64,000 bases of DNA from Oligoflexus sp. (GTDB lineage Bacteria; Bdellovibrionota_B; Oligoflexia; Oligoflexales; Oligoflexaceae): positions 68,149 to 132,148 of the forward strand of contig JACMOC010000083.1 of the NCBI GenBank assembly GCA_014378195.1. Reading direction: 5' to 3'. Made by a program: the position numbers and the translations under genes. Below the pieces are notes generated by a model. The model searched no databases and had not been told where the DNA came from. It saw nothing but the letters and a program-made list of their open reading frames with translations. The stretch's first letter is position 1. Each line of letters begins with the position of its first letter. This document shows, piece by piece, positions 1 to 11,158 of this stretch.

Positions 1-2208
1 TTTGATCGTGCTCTCAGAGGGGGCGTCAAATTCCAAAAACTCGGCAATACAGGCAATTTCTATGTTTATGGAGACTTCACTCAGTTTGGAACCGACTTAA
101 GCGCGAATCATATCACACGTTTTGATAGCTCGGGCAGACGTGATGCAGGTTTTGTTACCGATATCATTAACGGCAGCATCTACAGCATTGCCGAGGATAG
201 TCAGGGCCGAATTTATATCGCCGGCGCATTCACGAAAGTTGGAACGGTAGTGCGCTTGCGCGTTGCGCGTCTGCTCAGTAACGGTGCGCTTGACACAAGT
301 TTTGTGACGACGGCCGGTCCTAATGCAAATGTTATGGCTTTGGAGTTGGATGAACGCGTGCCCGGTTCCGAACGCCTTTATGCAGCCGGTTCGTTTTCTG
401 CATTTGGAACAAGTAAAGTAGGGCGGCTGGCAGCCATGACTCTGACCGGAGCCCTCGATATGAGTTATGCCAGTGCTTTGGGTGCGGGATTCGACAATAC
501 TATTTATAGCTTAAAGCTGCTTCCTGCGTCAGGTACCTTGTTGGTAGGTGGAGCATTTACTGCGTTTAACGGTATAAGTGGAGCGGGGACGACGCGGATA
601 AGCCGGATCAATCTAGCGTCGAGACCCTCGCCTGCTGCGATTGATACAAGTTTTGCAATGGGCACAGGACCTAACAATTCGGTCTATGTCCTGGATGTTG
701 ATGCGTCTGGGAACCTTTATGCAGGCGGTGCGTTCACCTCTGTCAACGGTTCTAGCAACTCTAAATATCTGGCTCGATTTTCACCCACAGGTGTTATCGA
801 TGCGGCCTTTGCGGTCGCGAAAAAATTGAACGGTCCCGTATGGAGTCTCGCTTTTGATACGGCCGGAAGTGCGCTTATAGCGGCAGGCGATTTTACGCTA
901 TACGGTTCGGTCGCATCGAACCGCATGATCCGCCTTGCGCTTGATGCTTCAGGGACTCAGGATATCAATGCTTCGACTGCGATTGGCAGTGGATTTAATT
1001 CAATCGTGTATGGCTTAGCTCTGTCGCAATCGAACCTAATTGCGGGGGGCTCGTTTTCAAATTATAACGGCCAGAATATGCCTTTTCTCGTTCGAATATC
1101 GCCAGGAAGCTTACAGCCTTTCGCGTCGCAGCCGGTCGGCTCAATGCTGAACGCTCAGAGCAACACTGCGGTTTTTGGAAAGACCGAGAGTGAAATCTAT
1201 GTGGGCGGAACCTTCACGCAATATCGTGGCAAGCTTGTCTACCGCCTCATCCGCACGGATGCGCAAGGTGTGCTTGATAGCACATACATTCCGCAATTGA
1301 GTGGAAACGTCAATGCCATGGTTTTTAACCCTTTAGATTCAAGCCTCTTGATAGGGGGCTCATTTTCAACAATCGGAACCACTGCGACCAAAAAAATTGC
1401 GCGGCTTTTGAGCAACGGTTCGGTGGACTCAAGTTTTCTCGGCGCTGCAAAAGCGTTTGATTCGGATGTTAATGCCTTGGCAGTGACGGCAGATGGGAAG
1501 ATTTGGGCAGGTGGAAAGTTTACGACCTATAATACAAACACGCAAAAATTCCTGGCACGGCTTTTATCAAACGGCAACCTCGATAGCAGTTTTACCCTGC
1601 AGGGCGCCGGCTTTTCACCTTTGAGCAGCGTGGTTCTTACGATACTCGCTATGCCGGATGGGGGTGCGATAGTAGGGGGAAGCTTTACCAGCTACGGCAG
1701 CTCTTCTGCGAACCGCATTGTAAAAATCGCGGCGGACGGGTCAGTCGATATGACCTTTGCTATTGGTACCGGATTCAACGGGACCGTTCGCACTTTAAAG
1801 CTGATCGATGGTCTTCTTTATGTCGGAGGAGACTTTACGAGCTATCAAGGTGTAAGTGCGAATCGATTGGTACGTCTCAAGTTGGATGGAAAAATAGACC
1901 CAGGCTTCGCCATAGGGGTAGGACTGAACGGAGCTGTTTATAGTCTTGGATTCGACAGCCGTTCGGGCATCCTTTATGCTGGCGGCTCTTTTACTACAGC
2001 ACAATCCATTAACGTGCCACGGATAGCTGGCTTCAAGCTCACGGGCGAGCGGGACCTGTCACTGACTCCAACTTTTGGGTTTAACGCGACTGTTACGGCT
2101 CTTCTTCCCGGGGCGAACGGTATTTTAGCGACAGGAGCATTCGTGAGTTTTGAAAATATGCTTTGTGAGTTTATAGCGCGGATTTCCTTTTACGGACGAC
2201 TCAACTAG
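1..2208 (+). CDS. Delta-60-repeat (beta-propeller) surface protein, 5'-truncated by window edge
   Basis: Frame 1 is open from base 1 (FDRALRGG...IYIAGAFTKVG) into the 250..2208 ORF; many ~55-60 aa repeats of the form V.ALA...G.I.VGG.FT.Y.G...RIARL..DG.LD.SF. Confidence 0.85.
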   Translation, partial: FDRALRGGVKFQKLGNTGNFYVYGDFTQFGTDLSANHITRFDSSGRRDAGFVTDIINGSIYSIAEDSQGRIYIAGAFTKVGTVVRLRVARLLSNGALDTSFVTTAGPNANVMALELDERVPGSERLYAAGSFSAFGTSKVGRLAAMTLTGALDMSYASALGAGFDNTIYSLKLLPASGTLLVGGAFTAFNGISGAGTTRISRINLASRPSPAAIDTSFAMGTGPNNSVYVLDVDASGNLYAGGAFTSVNGSSNSKYLARFSPTGVIDAAFAVAKKLNGPVWSLAFDTAGSALIAAGDFTLYGSVASNRMIRLALDASGTQDINASTAIGSGFNSIVYGLALSQSNLIAGGSFSNYNGQNMPFLVRISPGSLQPFASQPVGSMLNAQSNTAVFGKTESEIYVGGTFTQYRGKLVYRLIRTDAQGVLDSTYIPQLSGNVNAMVFNPLDSSLLIGGSFSTIGTTATKKIARLLSNGSVDSSFLGAAKAFDSDVNALAVTADGKIWAGGKFTTYNTNTQKFLARLLSNGNLDSSFTLQGAGFSPLSSVVLTILAMPDGGAIVGGSFTSYGSSSANRIVKIAADGSVDMTFAIGTGFNGTVRTLKLIDGLLYVGGDFTSYQGVSANRLVRLKLDGKIDPGFAIGVGLNGAVYSLGFDSRSGILYAGGSFTTAQSINVPRIAGFKLTGERDLSLTPTFGFNATVTALLPGANGILATGAFVSFENMLCEFIARISFYGRLN

Positions 2209-2247
2209 GGGGCACCATGAGCGATGGCCCCTAATTTCGAGTCGGAA

Positions 2248-2571
2248 TCAGAAATACTCAAGAGCATTTTCCGTTGAAGAATCCTGCAGGTGATTTTCGT
2301 AAGAGGGTTTGTGACTTTCTCTCCATTCTTGGAAGGTAAGGGGATCATGTGAGGCGAGGTCGATCTCCCCATCATGAGCAGCCTGAATGAACTCGAGAAG
2401 ATAATCGGAATAGTCACGATACGAATGTCCGGAAAATTCTCTGATTTCAAGCACCGCGGATTGGTTTGGCTGTTTCGATGAGCGGTAATTCTCAATCAGC
2501 GGATCTGTAAGTTTGTGCCATTCACCCGAGTTTACGTCACTGGTTTTAAGAAGAACCTTAAAGTAATTCAT
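2248..2571 (-). CDS. Hypothetical protein (107 aa)
   Basis: ATG preceded by AAGGGATAGG; fills an otherwise empty interval; no recognisable motif. Confidence 0.5.
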   Translation of the reverse strand: MNYFKVLLKTSDVNSGEWHKLTDPLIENYRSSKQPNQSAVLEIREFSGHSYRDYSDYLLEFIQAAHDGEIDLASHDPLTFQEWRESHKPSYENHLQDSSTENALEYF

Positions 2572-2762
2572 ATACCTATCCCTTAATCATCGTTGCAAAG
2601 ACTTCTTTGATCAGGATAAAAGCTCCGGATTAAAGGTATGGTACTCCTAGGGAAAGTCTACTTTCAAGCTGAGAGTGAATCTGGCGTGGCGAGGGCAATG
2701 ATAGGAGACCTCGGTTTCCTAAGGAGTCGAGGTCCCAAAGACAATGTACTTGATAAAATTCC

Positions 2763-2802
2763 AAAAAAAAATAGCCCGCGGAAAGAAATCCTTCCGCGGG
2801 CT
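2763..2802 (-). terminator. Rho-independent terminator of the 2819..4066 gene
   Basis: AGCCCGCGGAA / TTCCGCGGGCT stem with a run of A on the + strand (U tract on the - strand). Confidence 0.8.
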
Positions 2803-2818
2803 TCTTATTGATTAACGA

Positions 2819-4066
2819 TCAGGGAGTCAAGGTGTAAACGCGAGGCGTCGCTGTATAAAAGATTCCGGTGGTTTTGTTTTCGCCTGCTTCCGCGAGTCCG
2901 GCGTCAGCTTTCGGCAGGCGAAAGAGTGACTTCCCGATCGAACAGACTCCGGGAGGGCAGGCGCGTGATTCAACGAGTATCCAGCCTTCAAGAGGACCTG
3001 CGGTTACCAGGAAATTTGTTGAGGTCAGTGGCAATTTTGTCGTCACAACATCGCCGGTGCAATCAGTTTTTGTGTAGATGGCAAGACCACTCACATAATT
3101 ATCCAAGGCCGCATCCGCGCCTTTACTGAAGGTGAGTGTGCGTTTGAACCCGCGGTCTACTTTTACGCCGTTTTCCGTGTTTTTAGAGATATAACACGTT
3201 GTCCATGTCTGGCCAGCAAGAGAACTTATAAGGTCAAGGCCGGTCGATGGAGTCTCTGGGGCTGGCACGGGAGGCGGAGTCGTTGGGAGAACGGGAGTTG
3301 GTGTTGTAGGATCAGAAGGGGCCGGCGTAGCTGGAGCCACAGGAACGCCCGGGGAAGCGGGCACTGCGGCGTTCAAGGATGCAGCAAGAGCCTCGAGATC
3401 TAGGGGCTTTCGCACTTTGGCAAAACTCACATACTGGCCTTCCGCAGTATTGTAGGTGTCGCCCGTTTTCACTTTCGAGCCCTCGTTCAAGACTGTATCG
3501 CTCGAACGCATTGCCACTGCAGGATAAGCGCCGGTGCAGCCCTTCAAACAGGTTCCTGAAACAATCGACCAATTGTCAGACAATGGTACGGTTGTGATTG
3601 AACCGATGATCCAAGTTGCTATTACATTGTCGGTACCATCCGGTTTTTTAGCGAGCTTAGTGCAGGCCTCATCCGTATACTTGATAAGAAGGGAGGTTGC
3701 AGTATCACCACTGAAGGCCCAATATTTCTTAGAGAAGTCACTTTTGATATTGAAGCGGTAACAGGCTGATTCCCAAGTTGTGTCTTTAACTCCTAAAAAT
3801 GCAAAAGCCGTGTTCGACACAGCTGGCACAGCAGTGAATGGGCTGCCCGTGATGTTTGCACTACTCGTGGCGGTGTTCGCAGTGCCAGTGAGGGCATTCG
3901 GAGCGCTTTCGGACGAAGTGTTTTTAACAGGAGCGCTGATAGGAATATAGTTCGGTGTTACGATAGGATTCGGCGGCGTTTTTTTGCTAGCGGTCTCACC
4001 GCAAGCGGCGAGCTGAAAGAGAGTGACGGACACAATACCGAGGGACCAGATCGATAGCTTCACCAT
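2819..4066 (-). CDS. Lipoprotein with two tandem Cys-containing domains and a Pro-rich linker
   Basis: Start moved to ATG 4066 (GGAG SD); signal peptide with lipobox LAAC; repeated W..(A/T)CY...(Y/F).....YT...CT pattern; PAVPAPATPAP linker. Confidence 0.75.
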   Translation of the reverse strand: MVKLSIWSLGIVSVTLFQLAACGETASKKTPPNPIVTPNYIPISAPVKNTSSESAPNALTGTANTATSSANITGSPFTAVPAVSNTAFAFLGVKDTTWESACYRFNIKSDFSKKYWAFSGDTATSLLIKYTDEACTKLAKKPDGTDNVIATWIIGSITTVPLSDNWSIVSGTCLKGCTGAYPAVAMRSSDTVLNEGSKVKTGDTYNTAEGQYVSFAKVRKPLDLEALAASLNAAVPASPGVPVAPATPAPSDPTTPTPVLPTTPPPVPAPETPSTGLDLISSLAGQTWTTCYISKNTENGVKVDRGFKRTLTFSKGADAALDNYVSGLAIYTKTDCTGDVVTTKLPLTSTNFLVTAGPLEGWILVESRACPPGVCSIGKSLFRLPKADAGLAEAGENKTTGIFYTATPRVYTLTP

Positions 4067-4239
4067 GGACAAACTCCGTCTTTGAAAATAGGACCGCGAC
4101 CAACGCAGGGCCGAAATATCATGGTGTGTGCCGCCACGCAAGGTTAAGCCTGGAAAAATCGGAGTAAAATGGCAAGGTCGCCCGGAAAAAACGTTCAGCG
4201 TGAGCTGTTTTCGATGCAATTATCAGACGTTAATTATAA

Positions 4240-4266
4240 ATATCGGCAATCCTCTCGATATCTTTG
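4240..4266 (-). promoter_or_regulatory. Putative sigma-28 promoter for the 2819..4066 lipoprotein
   Basis: CAAAGATA-N11-GCCGATAT on the - strand, about 175 nt upstream of the start. Confidence 0.45.
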
Positions 4267-4504
4267 ACTTTCCTGTACTCACCTTGTACGACCCAAAAAG
4301 ACTAAGCCAAGGTCTGGCACTACGTCAAATTAAAGAGACTTATCCCAAATTTTGTGCCATGCGGAGCCACTTCCATTTCTTTTCTCTTGTCAAAGCTGCC
4401 TCTTGCAGTCCATTCTTTTGAACATGCCGACAGGATCGACCTTCCCGAAAATCGTATCTGTAAAGGACAGACGGTTGGCTGGACCTATTGGCAGGAGGAG
4501 CAGC

Positions 4505-6352
4505 ATGGAACAGCAGTACGGCGAAGAGCACATCAAATCACTCGACTGGAAAGACCACATTCGTCTCCGTCCCGGTATGTATATCGGGAAATTAGGTGAC
4601 GGGACCCAGAGTGATGATGGGATCTATATCCTCATTAAAGAAATTATCGATAACTCGGTCGACGAATATGTGATGGGCAAGGGCAGTCGGATTGAGATCA
4701 CCGCCGACGCGCATCACTTTAAAGTCCGCGACTACGGGCGCGGTATTCCCCTGACGAAGGTGGTGGAATGCGTTTCGCAAATCAACACTGGCGGTAAATA
4801 CGGCTCGGGTGCCTTCAAAAAATCAGTTGGTTTGAACGGTGTGGGTACCAAAGCCGTCAACGCCTTGTCCGAACGATTCATCATTCGCTCGTGGCGTGCG
4901 GGCGTCGGGATTGAAGCCGAATTCAAGGCTGGTATACTCGTCAAAGAGAAACCACTGAAGGCCAAAGGCACGGCAGATGGCACCGAGGTAGAATTCACCC
5001 CGGACAGCTCTATCTTCAAAGGTTATAGTTTCGATCACGAGATCGTGGAGCAAATGCTCAAAAATTATGCCTACCTCAACCCGGGCATGAAACTTCATTT
5101 CAACGACAAGATATACGTTTCCGAAAACGGGCTTCTCGACCTCTTGCGCGAAAAGACCGAAACCACGGAGTTGCGTTATCCCATCATCCATCTCAAGGGT
5201 GAAGATATCGAAATAGCGTTGAGTCACTCGGAACAATTCGGCGAGGAGCATTATTCCTTCGTCAATGGTCAGCACACGAGCATGGGCGGGACGCACCAGA
5301 TCGCGCTGCGCGAAGGTATAGTCAAGGCCGTGCGCGACTTTTTCAAAAAAGACTACGATACGGCCGATATTCGGTCCGGACTTATCGCGTCCATTGCTTT
5401 GCGCGTCGATAATCCTGTTTTTGAATCCCAAACCAAAACCAAATTGGGATCTCAGACGCGGGGCGATGATGGTCCGAGCCTCAAGGGTTGGATTATCGAC
5501 TTTCTCAAAGAGACGCTCGATAATTATCTCCATATGGAACCCGAGACCGCTCAAGCTTTGCAAAAAAAGATTCTGCAGAGCGAACGTGAGCGGAAAGAGA
5601 TGCAGGGCATACGGAAGATCGCTCAGGATCGCGCGAAAAAAGCTAACGTCTTCAATAAAAAACTCCGCGACTGCCGCGTTCATCGCCTGTCGAAAGATCC
5701 AGACGCAAATTTATCCACTCTTTTCATCACCGAGGGTGACTCGGCCAGCGGGTCTCTGACCAAGGCGCGTAACGTAAGGACTCAGGCAGTCTTCAGTTTG
5801 CGGGGAAAACCGCTCAACTGCTTCGGGATGTCCAAAAAAATCGTCTATGAAAACGAGGAATTCAACCTTCTTCAGCATGCTTTGCAGATCGAAGACGGCA
5901 TCGAAGGCCTAAGGTACCAACGCATCGTGCTCGCTACCGATGCCGACGTCGATGGACTCCATATACGCCTTTTATTGATGACGTTTTTTCTTCAGTTCTT
6001 TCCAGAGCTCGTGAAAGCGAATCATTTGTTTATCCTGAAGACACCGTTGTTCCGTGTGCGCGATAAGCAGAAAACTGTTTATGCTTACGATGAGCGTGAG
6101 AAAAATGCCGCTCTGAAAAAATTTGGTAAAAAGCCCGAAATAACGCGATTCAAAGGTTTGGGCGAAATTTCGCCCGATGAGTTTGGGCAGTTTATCGGGG
6201 ATCGTATGCGGCTCGAACCGATTCGCCTGTCGAGTAAGTCGAGTATTATCGACCTTCTCACCTACTATATGGGCAAAAACACGCAGGATCGTCAGAAGTT
6301 TATTATTGACCATCTTCGCACGGAAGACCCTATTGATTTGGAAGCTCTATGA
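4505..6352 (+). CDS. parE: DNA topoisomerase IV subunit B (short GyrB/ParE type)
   Basis: Start ATG 4505 after GGAGGAG; [59 protein letters not shown]. Confidence 0.92.
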   Translation: MEQQYGEEHIKSLDWKDHIRLRPGMYIGKLGDGTQSDDGIYILIKEIIDNSVDEYVMGKGSRIEITADAHHFKVRDYGRGIPLTKVVECVSQINTGGKYGSGAFKKSVGLNGVGTKAVNALSERFIIRSWRAGVGIEAEFKAGILVKEKPLKAKGTADGTEVEFTPDSSIFKGYSFDHEIVEQMLKNYAYLNPGMKLHFNDKIYVSENGLLDLLREKTETTELRYPIIHLKGEDIEIALSHSEQFGEEHYSFVNGQHTSMGGTHQIALREGIVKAVRDFFKKDYDTADIRSGLIASIALRVDNPVFESQTKTKLGSQTRGDDGPSLKGWIIDFLKETLDNYLHMEPETAQALQKKILQSERERKEMQGIRKIAQDRAKKANVFNKKLRDCRVHRLSKDPDANLSTLFITEGDSASGSLTKARNVRTQAVFSLRGKPLNCFGMSKKIVYENEEFNLLQHALQIEDGIEGLRYQRIVLATDADVDGLHIRLLLMTFFLQFFPELVKANHLFILKTPLFRVRDKQKTVYAYDEREKNAALKKFGKKPEITRFKGLGEISPDEFGQFIGDRMRLEPIRLSSKSSIIDLLTYYMGKNTQDRQKFIIDHLRTEDPIDLEAL

Positions 6353-8811
6353 GTGACAAAGAAACGCCGGACAAAACCGCAGCGCGGCCGCTTCCTCATG
6401 TTGAGGATCTTTATCAATCCTGGTTTTTGGAATACGCGTCGTACGTTATCCTTGATCGCGCCGTTCCTGATATACGGGATGGGTTGAAGCCCGTTCAAAG
6501 GCGTATTCTTCACGCCCTTTGGGAACTTGATGATGGGCGGCTCAACAAGGCTGCTAACGTCATTGGGCACACGATGCGCTATCATCCACACGGTGATATG
6601 GCGATTGAAGATGCTTTGGTGAAGATCGCTCAAAAAGAACTTTTGATCGACATGCAGGGGAACTGGGGTAACGTCATGACGGGTGACCGTGCGGCTGCAC
6701 CCCGTTATATCGAAGCCCGAATCTCGACTTTGGCGAAAGAAATTATATTCAACGAAGAGATTACCAATTGGCAATCCTCCTACGATGGTCGAAATAAAGA
6801 ACCGCAGTATCTACCTGTGAAGTTCCCGCTCTTACTCGCGCACGGTGTAGAAGGTATCGCGGTAGGTCTCTCGACCCGGATTTTGCCGCATAACTTTGTC
6901 GAGATTTGCGACGCCGCTATTTCGCATCTCAAAGATAAGCCCGTCGCGCTTTTCCCCGACTTCCCCACCGGGGGCGTTGCCGACTTTAGTCTCTACAAAG
7001 ACGGACAGCGCGGCGGCAAAGTCCGTGTCCGCGCCCGCATGGAAGCCCCTGACAGCAAAACGCTTCTGATCAAGGATATTCCTTTCGGGACGACCACGAC
7101 GAGTGTCATCGAATCGATTTTGGCTGCGCATGACAAAGGCAAAATCAAAGTTAAAAAGGTTGAAGATAACACGAGTCAGGAAGTGGAGATCCTCGTCAAA
7201 CTTCCGCCCGGTGTTTCGGTTGAACAGACAGAGGAGGCCCTTTACGCGTTCACCGACTGCGAGGTCTCAATCTCAACCTACGCGTGTGTGATCAGCGAAG
7301 ACAAACCGCTCTTTTGCAGCGTCAACGATCTACTTGTTTATGCCACGAACCAAACCAAGGACTTTTTAGGTCAGGAGCTTTCTCTCCACGCGCAGCAGCT
7401 GCGTGCCAAGATTCATAAAGCGACCTTGGAAAGCCTTTTTATCGAGCATAAGATCTATCGAAAGATTGAGGGTGCGGAGTCGTGGGAAGATGCACTTGAT
7501 AGACTGGCCAAGACATTCAAGCCGCTCCTGAAACAGGTCGTTGACGAGGTTACGCCGAGTGATTATGAGGCTTTGCTTGAGATTCGTTTCAAACGCCTCA
7601 CAAAATACGACAACGAAACCGCAGAAAAAGCTTTGAACGAATTGCGTGGGCAGATGAAGGAAGTGGAAGAAAAACTTTCCGACCTCACAAAATTCACAAT
7701 TAAATATTTCGAATCCTTGAAAAAGAAATATGGCGCCCGTCACGCCCGCAAGACTTTAATCAGTGGATTCTCGGAAGTGCGCGCCCGCGAAGTTGTACTG
7801 GCAAACCACAAGCTCTATGTGAACCGCGAATCCGGCTTTATCGGTACAAGTCTGAAAAACGATGAGTTCGTCACGGCTTGCTCTGATATGGATGAGTTTC
7901 TGATCCTTCGTAAAGATGGGCAAATCGTTTTGAGCAAGGTAAGCGATAAGGTCTTTGTGGGGGAAGGCATCGATTCGATTTCGATCCTTCCATCCCAGGC
8001 CAATGAAGTTGCCCTTCATGTTTTATATCAGGAAACCGAGACCGGTTCGCTCTACGCCAAACGTCTGAAGTTGACGGGCATGCAGCGTGATAAGGCCTAC
8101 GAGCTGCTTAAAAGCCCAGGCAAAATCATTTATACCAAGCTTGTCGAAGCCGATAAACCGGACTGGCTCGAGCTCGAGCGTTTAGGGGCCTCCAAGAGCT
8201 GGTTATTTAATTTTCAGGATCTCGACTGGACGACTCGGGCCGCAAAAGGCCAGTTACTCACGGTTCGAGACTTGAAGTCGTTTAAGGCAGTCGAGGAATC
8301 ACCGGGCTTTAAAGCGCCTATATCTCTGACGCTTAGCGCCGACGGCAAACAGATCCTGATCGGTGGCAAAGGCAAAAAAATCGGTTCCTTTGCCCCGTCG
8401 CAGCTCCTGATCGCACTCACTGATGATGGGTTCTTAAAGGTCTTCCCAGCAGCGGAAAAACAAGTCCTCAGCAGTCCTCTTAAGGAAGTGTTTCCCTTGG
8501 CTTCGCAGGGTATATTGACGGTTGTGGCTCGGCACAAGGATATGATTTTTGCGCGGAGGCTTAAAAGCGAGGATTTAGCAGAGGGTATGGAGCTCCCGCT
8601 GTTTGAAGGTCGCGAACTCAGCGGAGAACTCATCCTCATGCAAGAGGCAGTCCCTTTGCTTGAGCTGCAGTTTATGGCGAAGGGTGCTTTGGTCTCACCA
8701 CCGGAGATACTCCCATTGGCGGACCATGTGCCGACCCGCAGTCTCACAGGCGCTGTAAGCCGAATCAATAGACCTGGTATCTCTGTTATGAAAGCTTGGG
8801 TAAAACCTTAG
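6349..8811 (+). CDS. parC: DNA topoisomerase IV subunit A
   Basis: [24 protein letters not shown], catalytic AAPRYIEAR; ATGA overlap with parE; no GyrA box recognised; divergent C-terminal domain. Confidence 0.88.
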   Translation: MSDKETPDKTAARPLPHVEDLYQSWFLEYASYVILDRAVPDIRDGLKPVQRRILHALWELDDGRLNKAANVIGHTMRYHPHGDMAIEDALVKIAQKELLIDMQGNWGNVMTGDRAAAPRYIEARISTLAKEIIFNEEITNWQSSYDGRNKEPQYLPVKFPLLLAHGVEGIAVGLSTRILPHNFVEICDAAISHLKDKPVALFPDFPTGGVADFSLYKDGQRGGKVRVRARMEAPDSKTLLIKDIPFGTTTTSVIESILAAHDKGKIKVKKVEDNTSQEVEILVKLPPGVSVEQTEEALYAFTDCEVSISTYACVISEDKPLFCSVNDLLVYATNQTKDFLGQELSLHAQQLRAKIHKATLESLFIEHKIYRKIEGAESWEDALDRLAKTFKPLLKQVVDEVTPSDYEALLEIRFKRLTKYDNETAEKALNELRGQMKEVEEKLSDLTKFTIKYFESLKKKYGARHARKTLISGFSEVRAREVVLANHKLYVNRESGFIGTSLKNDEFVTACSDMDEFLILRKDGQIVLSKVSDKVFVGEGIDSISILPSQANEVALHVLYQETETGSLYAKRLKLTGMQRDKAYELLKSPGKIIYTKLVEADKPDWLELERLGASKSWLFNFQDLDWTTRAAKGQLLTVRDLKSFKAVEESPGFKAPISLTLSADGKQILIGGKGKKIGSFAPSQLLIALTDDGFLKVFPAAEKQVLSSPLKEVFPLASQGILTVVARHKDMIFARRLKSEDLAEGMELPLFEGRELSGELILMQEAVPLLELQFMAKGALVSPPEILPLADHVPTRSLTGAVSRINRPGISVMKAWVKP

Positions 8812-10106
8812 GCAGCGTGATGAACAGGCTGGTCCCAGCCTTTGGGGGCCTTGGCAATAGGAAGTGTAAAGCGGAAGGTCGAGCCCAGAGCTTGCCCTTC
8901 CGTTGCTGTTTCGACTTCAAGCTTCCCACCCCAACTCACCACAATATATTGAACTAGCGGGAGGCCAAAGCCAGTGCCTTTTTCGCCATTGGTACCGCGG
9001 CGATTGGTGGCAACACTATCGTCGAAAATGAACGGGAGTATTTCGGCGGGAATGCCGAGCCCTTTATCACTCACAGTAATCGTCACGGAGCTTCCCGTTC
9101 TCTCGGCCTTGATTGTGATGTGTGCGGTGACCGGTGAGAATTTGATCGCGTTTGAGAGGAGATTGCCCAGTACGTCGTGAAGCAAGAGGTCAGGATCTAC
9201 GTGAAGAGGTAAGTCTCTGATACTATCAGGTAAATCGAGAATAAGCGCCTGGTTTTTGGCGAGAAGTTTGCCCTCAAAAAGATCGCGGACTTCGGTAAAT
9301 GCCAAGGCTAGAGTGGCACTCATATCGGCCTCGATCGTGAGGAGTTTGCCGGATTGGAGTGCTTTTATTTTGCGCACTTTATCAATCAGGGTCTTCATCA
9401 TCGAAGCCGCTTGATACATCTTCTGTGCGCTCTCCTGGGCGCTTATTGACTGGCTTTCATCGAGCGTCATTTTTTTGGCACTAAAAAGAAGAAGCGTAAG
9501 AGGACTGGCAAGGTCGTGCGTGACGATAGCGAGAAGCGAATGAAGCTTGCGCGATTCCTGGCCATAAACGGCTCTATTGTTGCGGACATACTCGAGAGTA
9601 CTGAAGATAACGCAGCCGAGAAATAGGAAAAATGAGGCTAGATCGTACCCATGGCCAAGGCGGACCTGATAGGTCGGAAGCTCAGTGAATCTCTCAGCTA
9701 AGGCGATCGTAAGGAAGACTGAAGCCGAAAAGATAGAGCCGCCCACGATCCCTTTTTTTTGTAGAAGGAGTCCGCCTGAAAGCGGAATGATGGCGAGCCA
9801 ATAGAGAACGGGTCCCTCCGTTCCTCCGACCTTCCCGACGGCGAGGCCAACGAGAACGGTGATTGTAGAGAGTATCAGCCAAGAGGGAAGAGTGTATTTC
9901 TGTTGTTTTAAGACAAGACAAAGAATAGCGAAATGTATGGGAAAAACGGCAAGAAATGAGAAAGTCAGAAACGGCACTTGATAATACCAATAAAGGACGG
10001 CAAAAGCTAAAACAGCGCCGGCCGATATCAGCGTTCCCGCGAATATGAAGCGTATGTTAAGCGGCATCCAATGCCATCGTTTATGAAGCCGTTTCAACAA
10101 ACTCAT
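8808..10106 (-). CDS. Orphan membrane-bound sensor histidine kinase
   Basis: About 6 N-terminal TM segments; H-box THDLASPL, N-box NLLSNAIKFS, DKGLGI, GTGFGL; SD GGAGGAGG. Confidence 0.9.
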   Translation of the reverse strand: MSLLKRLHKRWHWMPLNIRFIFAGTLISAGAVLAFAVLYWYYQVPFLTFSFLAVFPIHFAILCLVLKQQKYTLPSWLILSTITVLVGLAVGKVGGTEGPVLYWLAIIPLSGGLLLQKKGIVGGSIFSASVFLTIALAERFTELPTYQVRLGHGYDLASFFLFLGCVIFSTLEYVRNNRAVYGQESRKLHSLLAIVTHDLASPLTLLLFSAKKMTLDESQSISAQESAQKMYQAASMMKTLIDKVRKIKALQSGKLLTIEADMSATLALAFTEVRDLFEGKLLAKNQALILDLPDSIRDLPLHVDPDLLLHDVLGNLLSNAIKFSPVTAHITIKAERTGSSVTITVSDKGLGIPAEILPFIFDDSVATNRRGTNGEKGTGFGLPLVQYIVVSWGGKLEVETATEGQALGSTFRFTLPIAKAPKGWDQPVHHAA

Positions 10107-10121
10107 ATCCTCCTCCTATTC

Positions 10122-10148
10122 TTATCGGTCTTTTATTTCTCTACGTGA
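10122..10148 (-). promoter_or_regulatory. Putative sigma-28 promoter for the histidine kinase
   Basis: TCACGTAG-N11-ACCGATAA just upstream of the SD. Confidence 0.55.
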
Positions 10149-10180
10149 GGCGCCGAGAGGTTCATTCTTACTGAGAATAA

Positions 10181-10207
10181 TAAAGTTTTCTTACAGTCTG
10201 CCGATCC
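10181..10207 (+). promoter_or_regulatory. Putative sigma-28 promoter for the M15 peptidase
   Basis: TAAAGTTT-N11-GCCGATCC (consensus -35). Confidence 0.7.
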
Positions 10208-10239
10208 ATTGGTATAAATCCCTGACTAGGATAGGTTCC

Positions 10240-11061
10240 ATGCAACGCAGACGTCTTATAAAAGGAATGGTCACAAGCCTTGCAGCCTTGCAAAGCGGAA
10301 TCGCTTTCGCTCAGGATGGTGGATTGTCGAAACCACTTAATGCTGCACTTGCCGAACGCATGCAGTTCAAGGCGAAGCATTTTGATCAGGACTTTTCCGA
10401 TGACTTTTATCTGAATGCTGTAGAAAAGGTGACCCTTCGGCAGGTCCTCGCCAGACTCACTCAGGTAAAAAAAGATGCGGGCTTTGGTCGATTCAATCTT
10501 TTGACACTGGACGAACTTCTAAAATTTGCATCCAAGGGGGCGCTGGGTTCTTTTACGCCCTCTGAGATAGGTTTTATCGAGACGATTTTCTTTCGTGACG
10601 CAAAAGAATACGGATTTTACGGCGAAAAAGTATCCACGACCATGACACAGTCGATCGACTTGAGCAAAACGGTGAAAATTCCGGGAACAGGGCATTTTCT
10701 TTTCAAAGGTCGCCCAGAAGGACTTTATGCCGAACTCAAACGTGACGTTGGTGAGGATATTGTCTTAACGTCTGGAATCCGTAGCATTGTCAAACAACTC
10801 GACTTGTTTCTGAGTAAGGCTGCCCAGTGCGGCGGCAATCTCTCACGCGCGTCCCGATCTCTGGCGCCTCCCGGGTATTCGTTTCATGGATCCGGCGATT
10901 TTGATGTCGGTAAAATTGGTCTGGGTGCGGACAACTTCACAGATACCTTTGCCGCGACGGACGTTTACAAACGTTTGATCGACCTAGGTTACGTAAATAT
11001 CCGTTATACCGAGACCAACTTCTATGGTGTGCGGTTTGAGCCCTGGCATATCAAAGTGTGA
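10240..11061 (+). CDS. M15 (VanY-like) D,D-carboxypeptidase with Tat-like signal
   Basis: N-terminal MQRRRLIKG; TSGIRS, APPGYSFH..GDFD, EPWH zinc-peptidase motifs. Confidence 0.85.
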   Translation: MQRRRLIKGMVTSLAALQSGIAFAQDGGLSKPLNAALAERMQFKAKHFDQDFSDDFYLNAVEKVTLRQVLARLTQVKKDAGFGRFNLLTLDELLKFASKGALGSFTPSEIGFIETIFFRDAKEYGFYGEKVSTTMTQSIDLSKTVKIPGTGHFLFKGRPEGLYAELKRDVGEDIVLTSGIRSIVKQLDLFLSKAAQCGGNLSRASRSLAPPGYSFHGSGDFDVGKIGLGADNFTDTFAATDVYKRLIDLGYVNIRYTETNFYGVRFEPWHIKV

Positions 11062-11105
11062 GACGATATGGGCTGCGGTTGTTACGGCGTATGGTATAAA
11101 AAGTG

Positions 11106-11133
11106 AAAAGTCAGGTCTGCGGACCTGGCTTTT
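11106..11133. terminator. Bidirectional terminator
   Basis: AAAAGTCAGGTC-TGCG-GACCTGGCTTTT between convergent genes. Confidence 0.7.
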
Positions 11134-11158
11134 GTTCTGTGTTAAAGCTGTTTTTAAA

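Noticed and set aside
2707-2734. GACCTCG...CGAGGTC hairpin
   Set aside because: Single copy in the window, no U tract, no assignable function
4067-4232. Riboswitch (e.g. c-di-GMP) in the long leader of the 2819..4066 gene
   Set aside because: No recognisable aptamer consensus by eye; a covariance search would be needed
6586-6615. Met at the quinolone-resistance Ser83-equivalent position of ParC ([10 protein letters not shown])
   Set aside because: This ParC type commonly lacks Ser here; not evidence of acquired resistance
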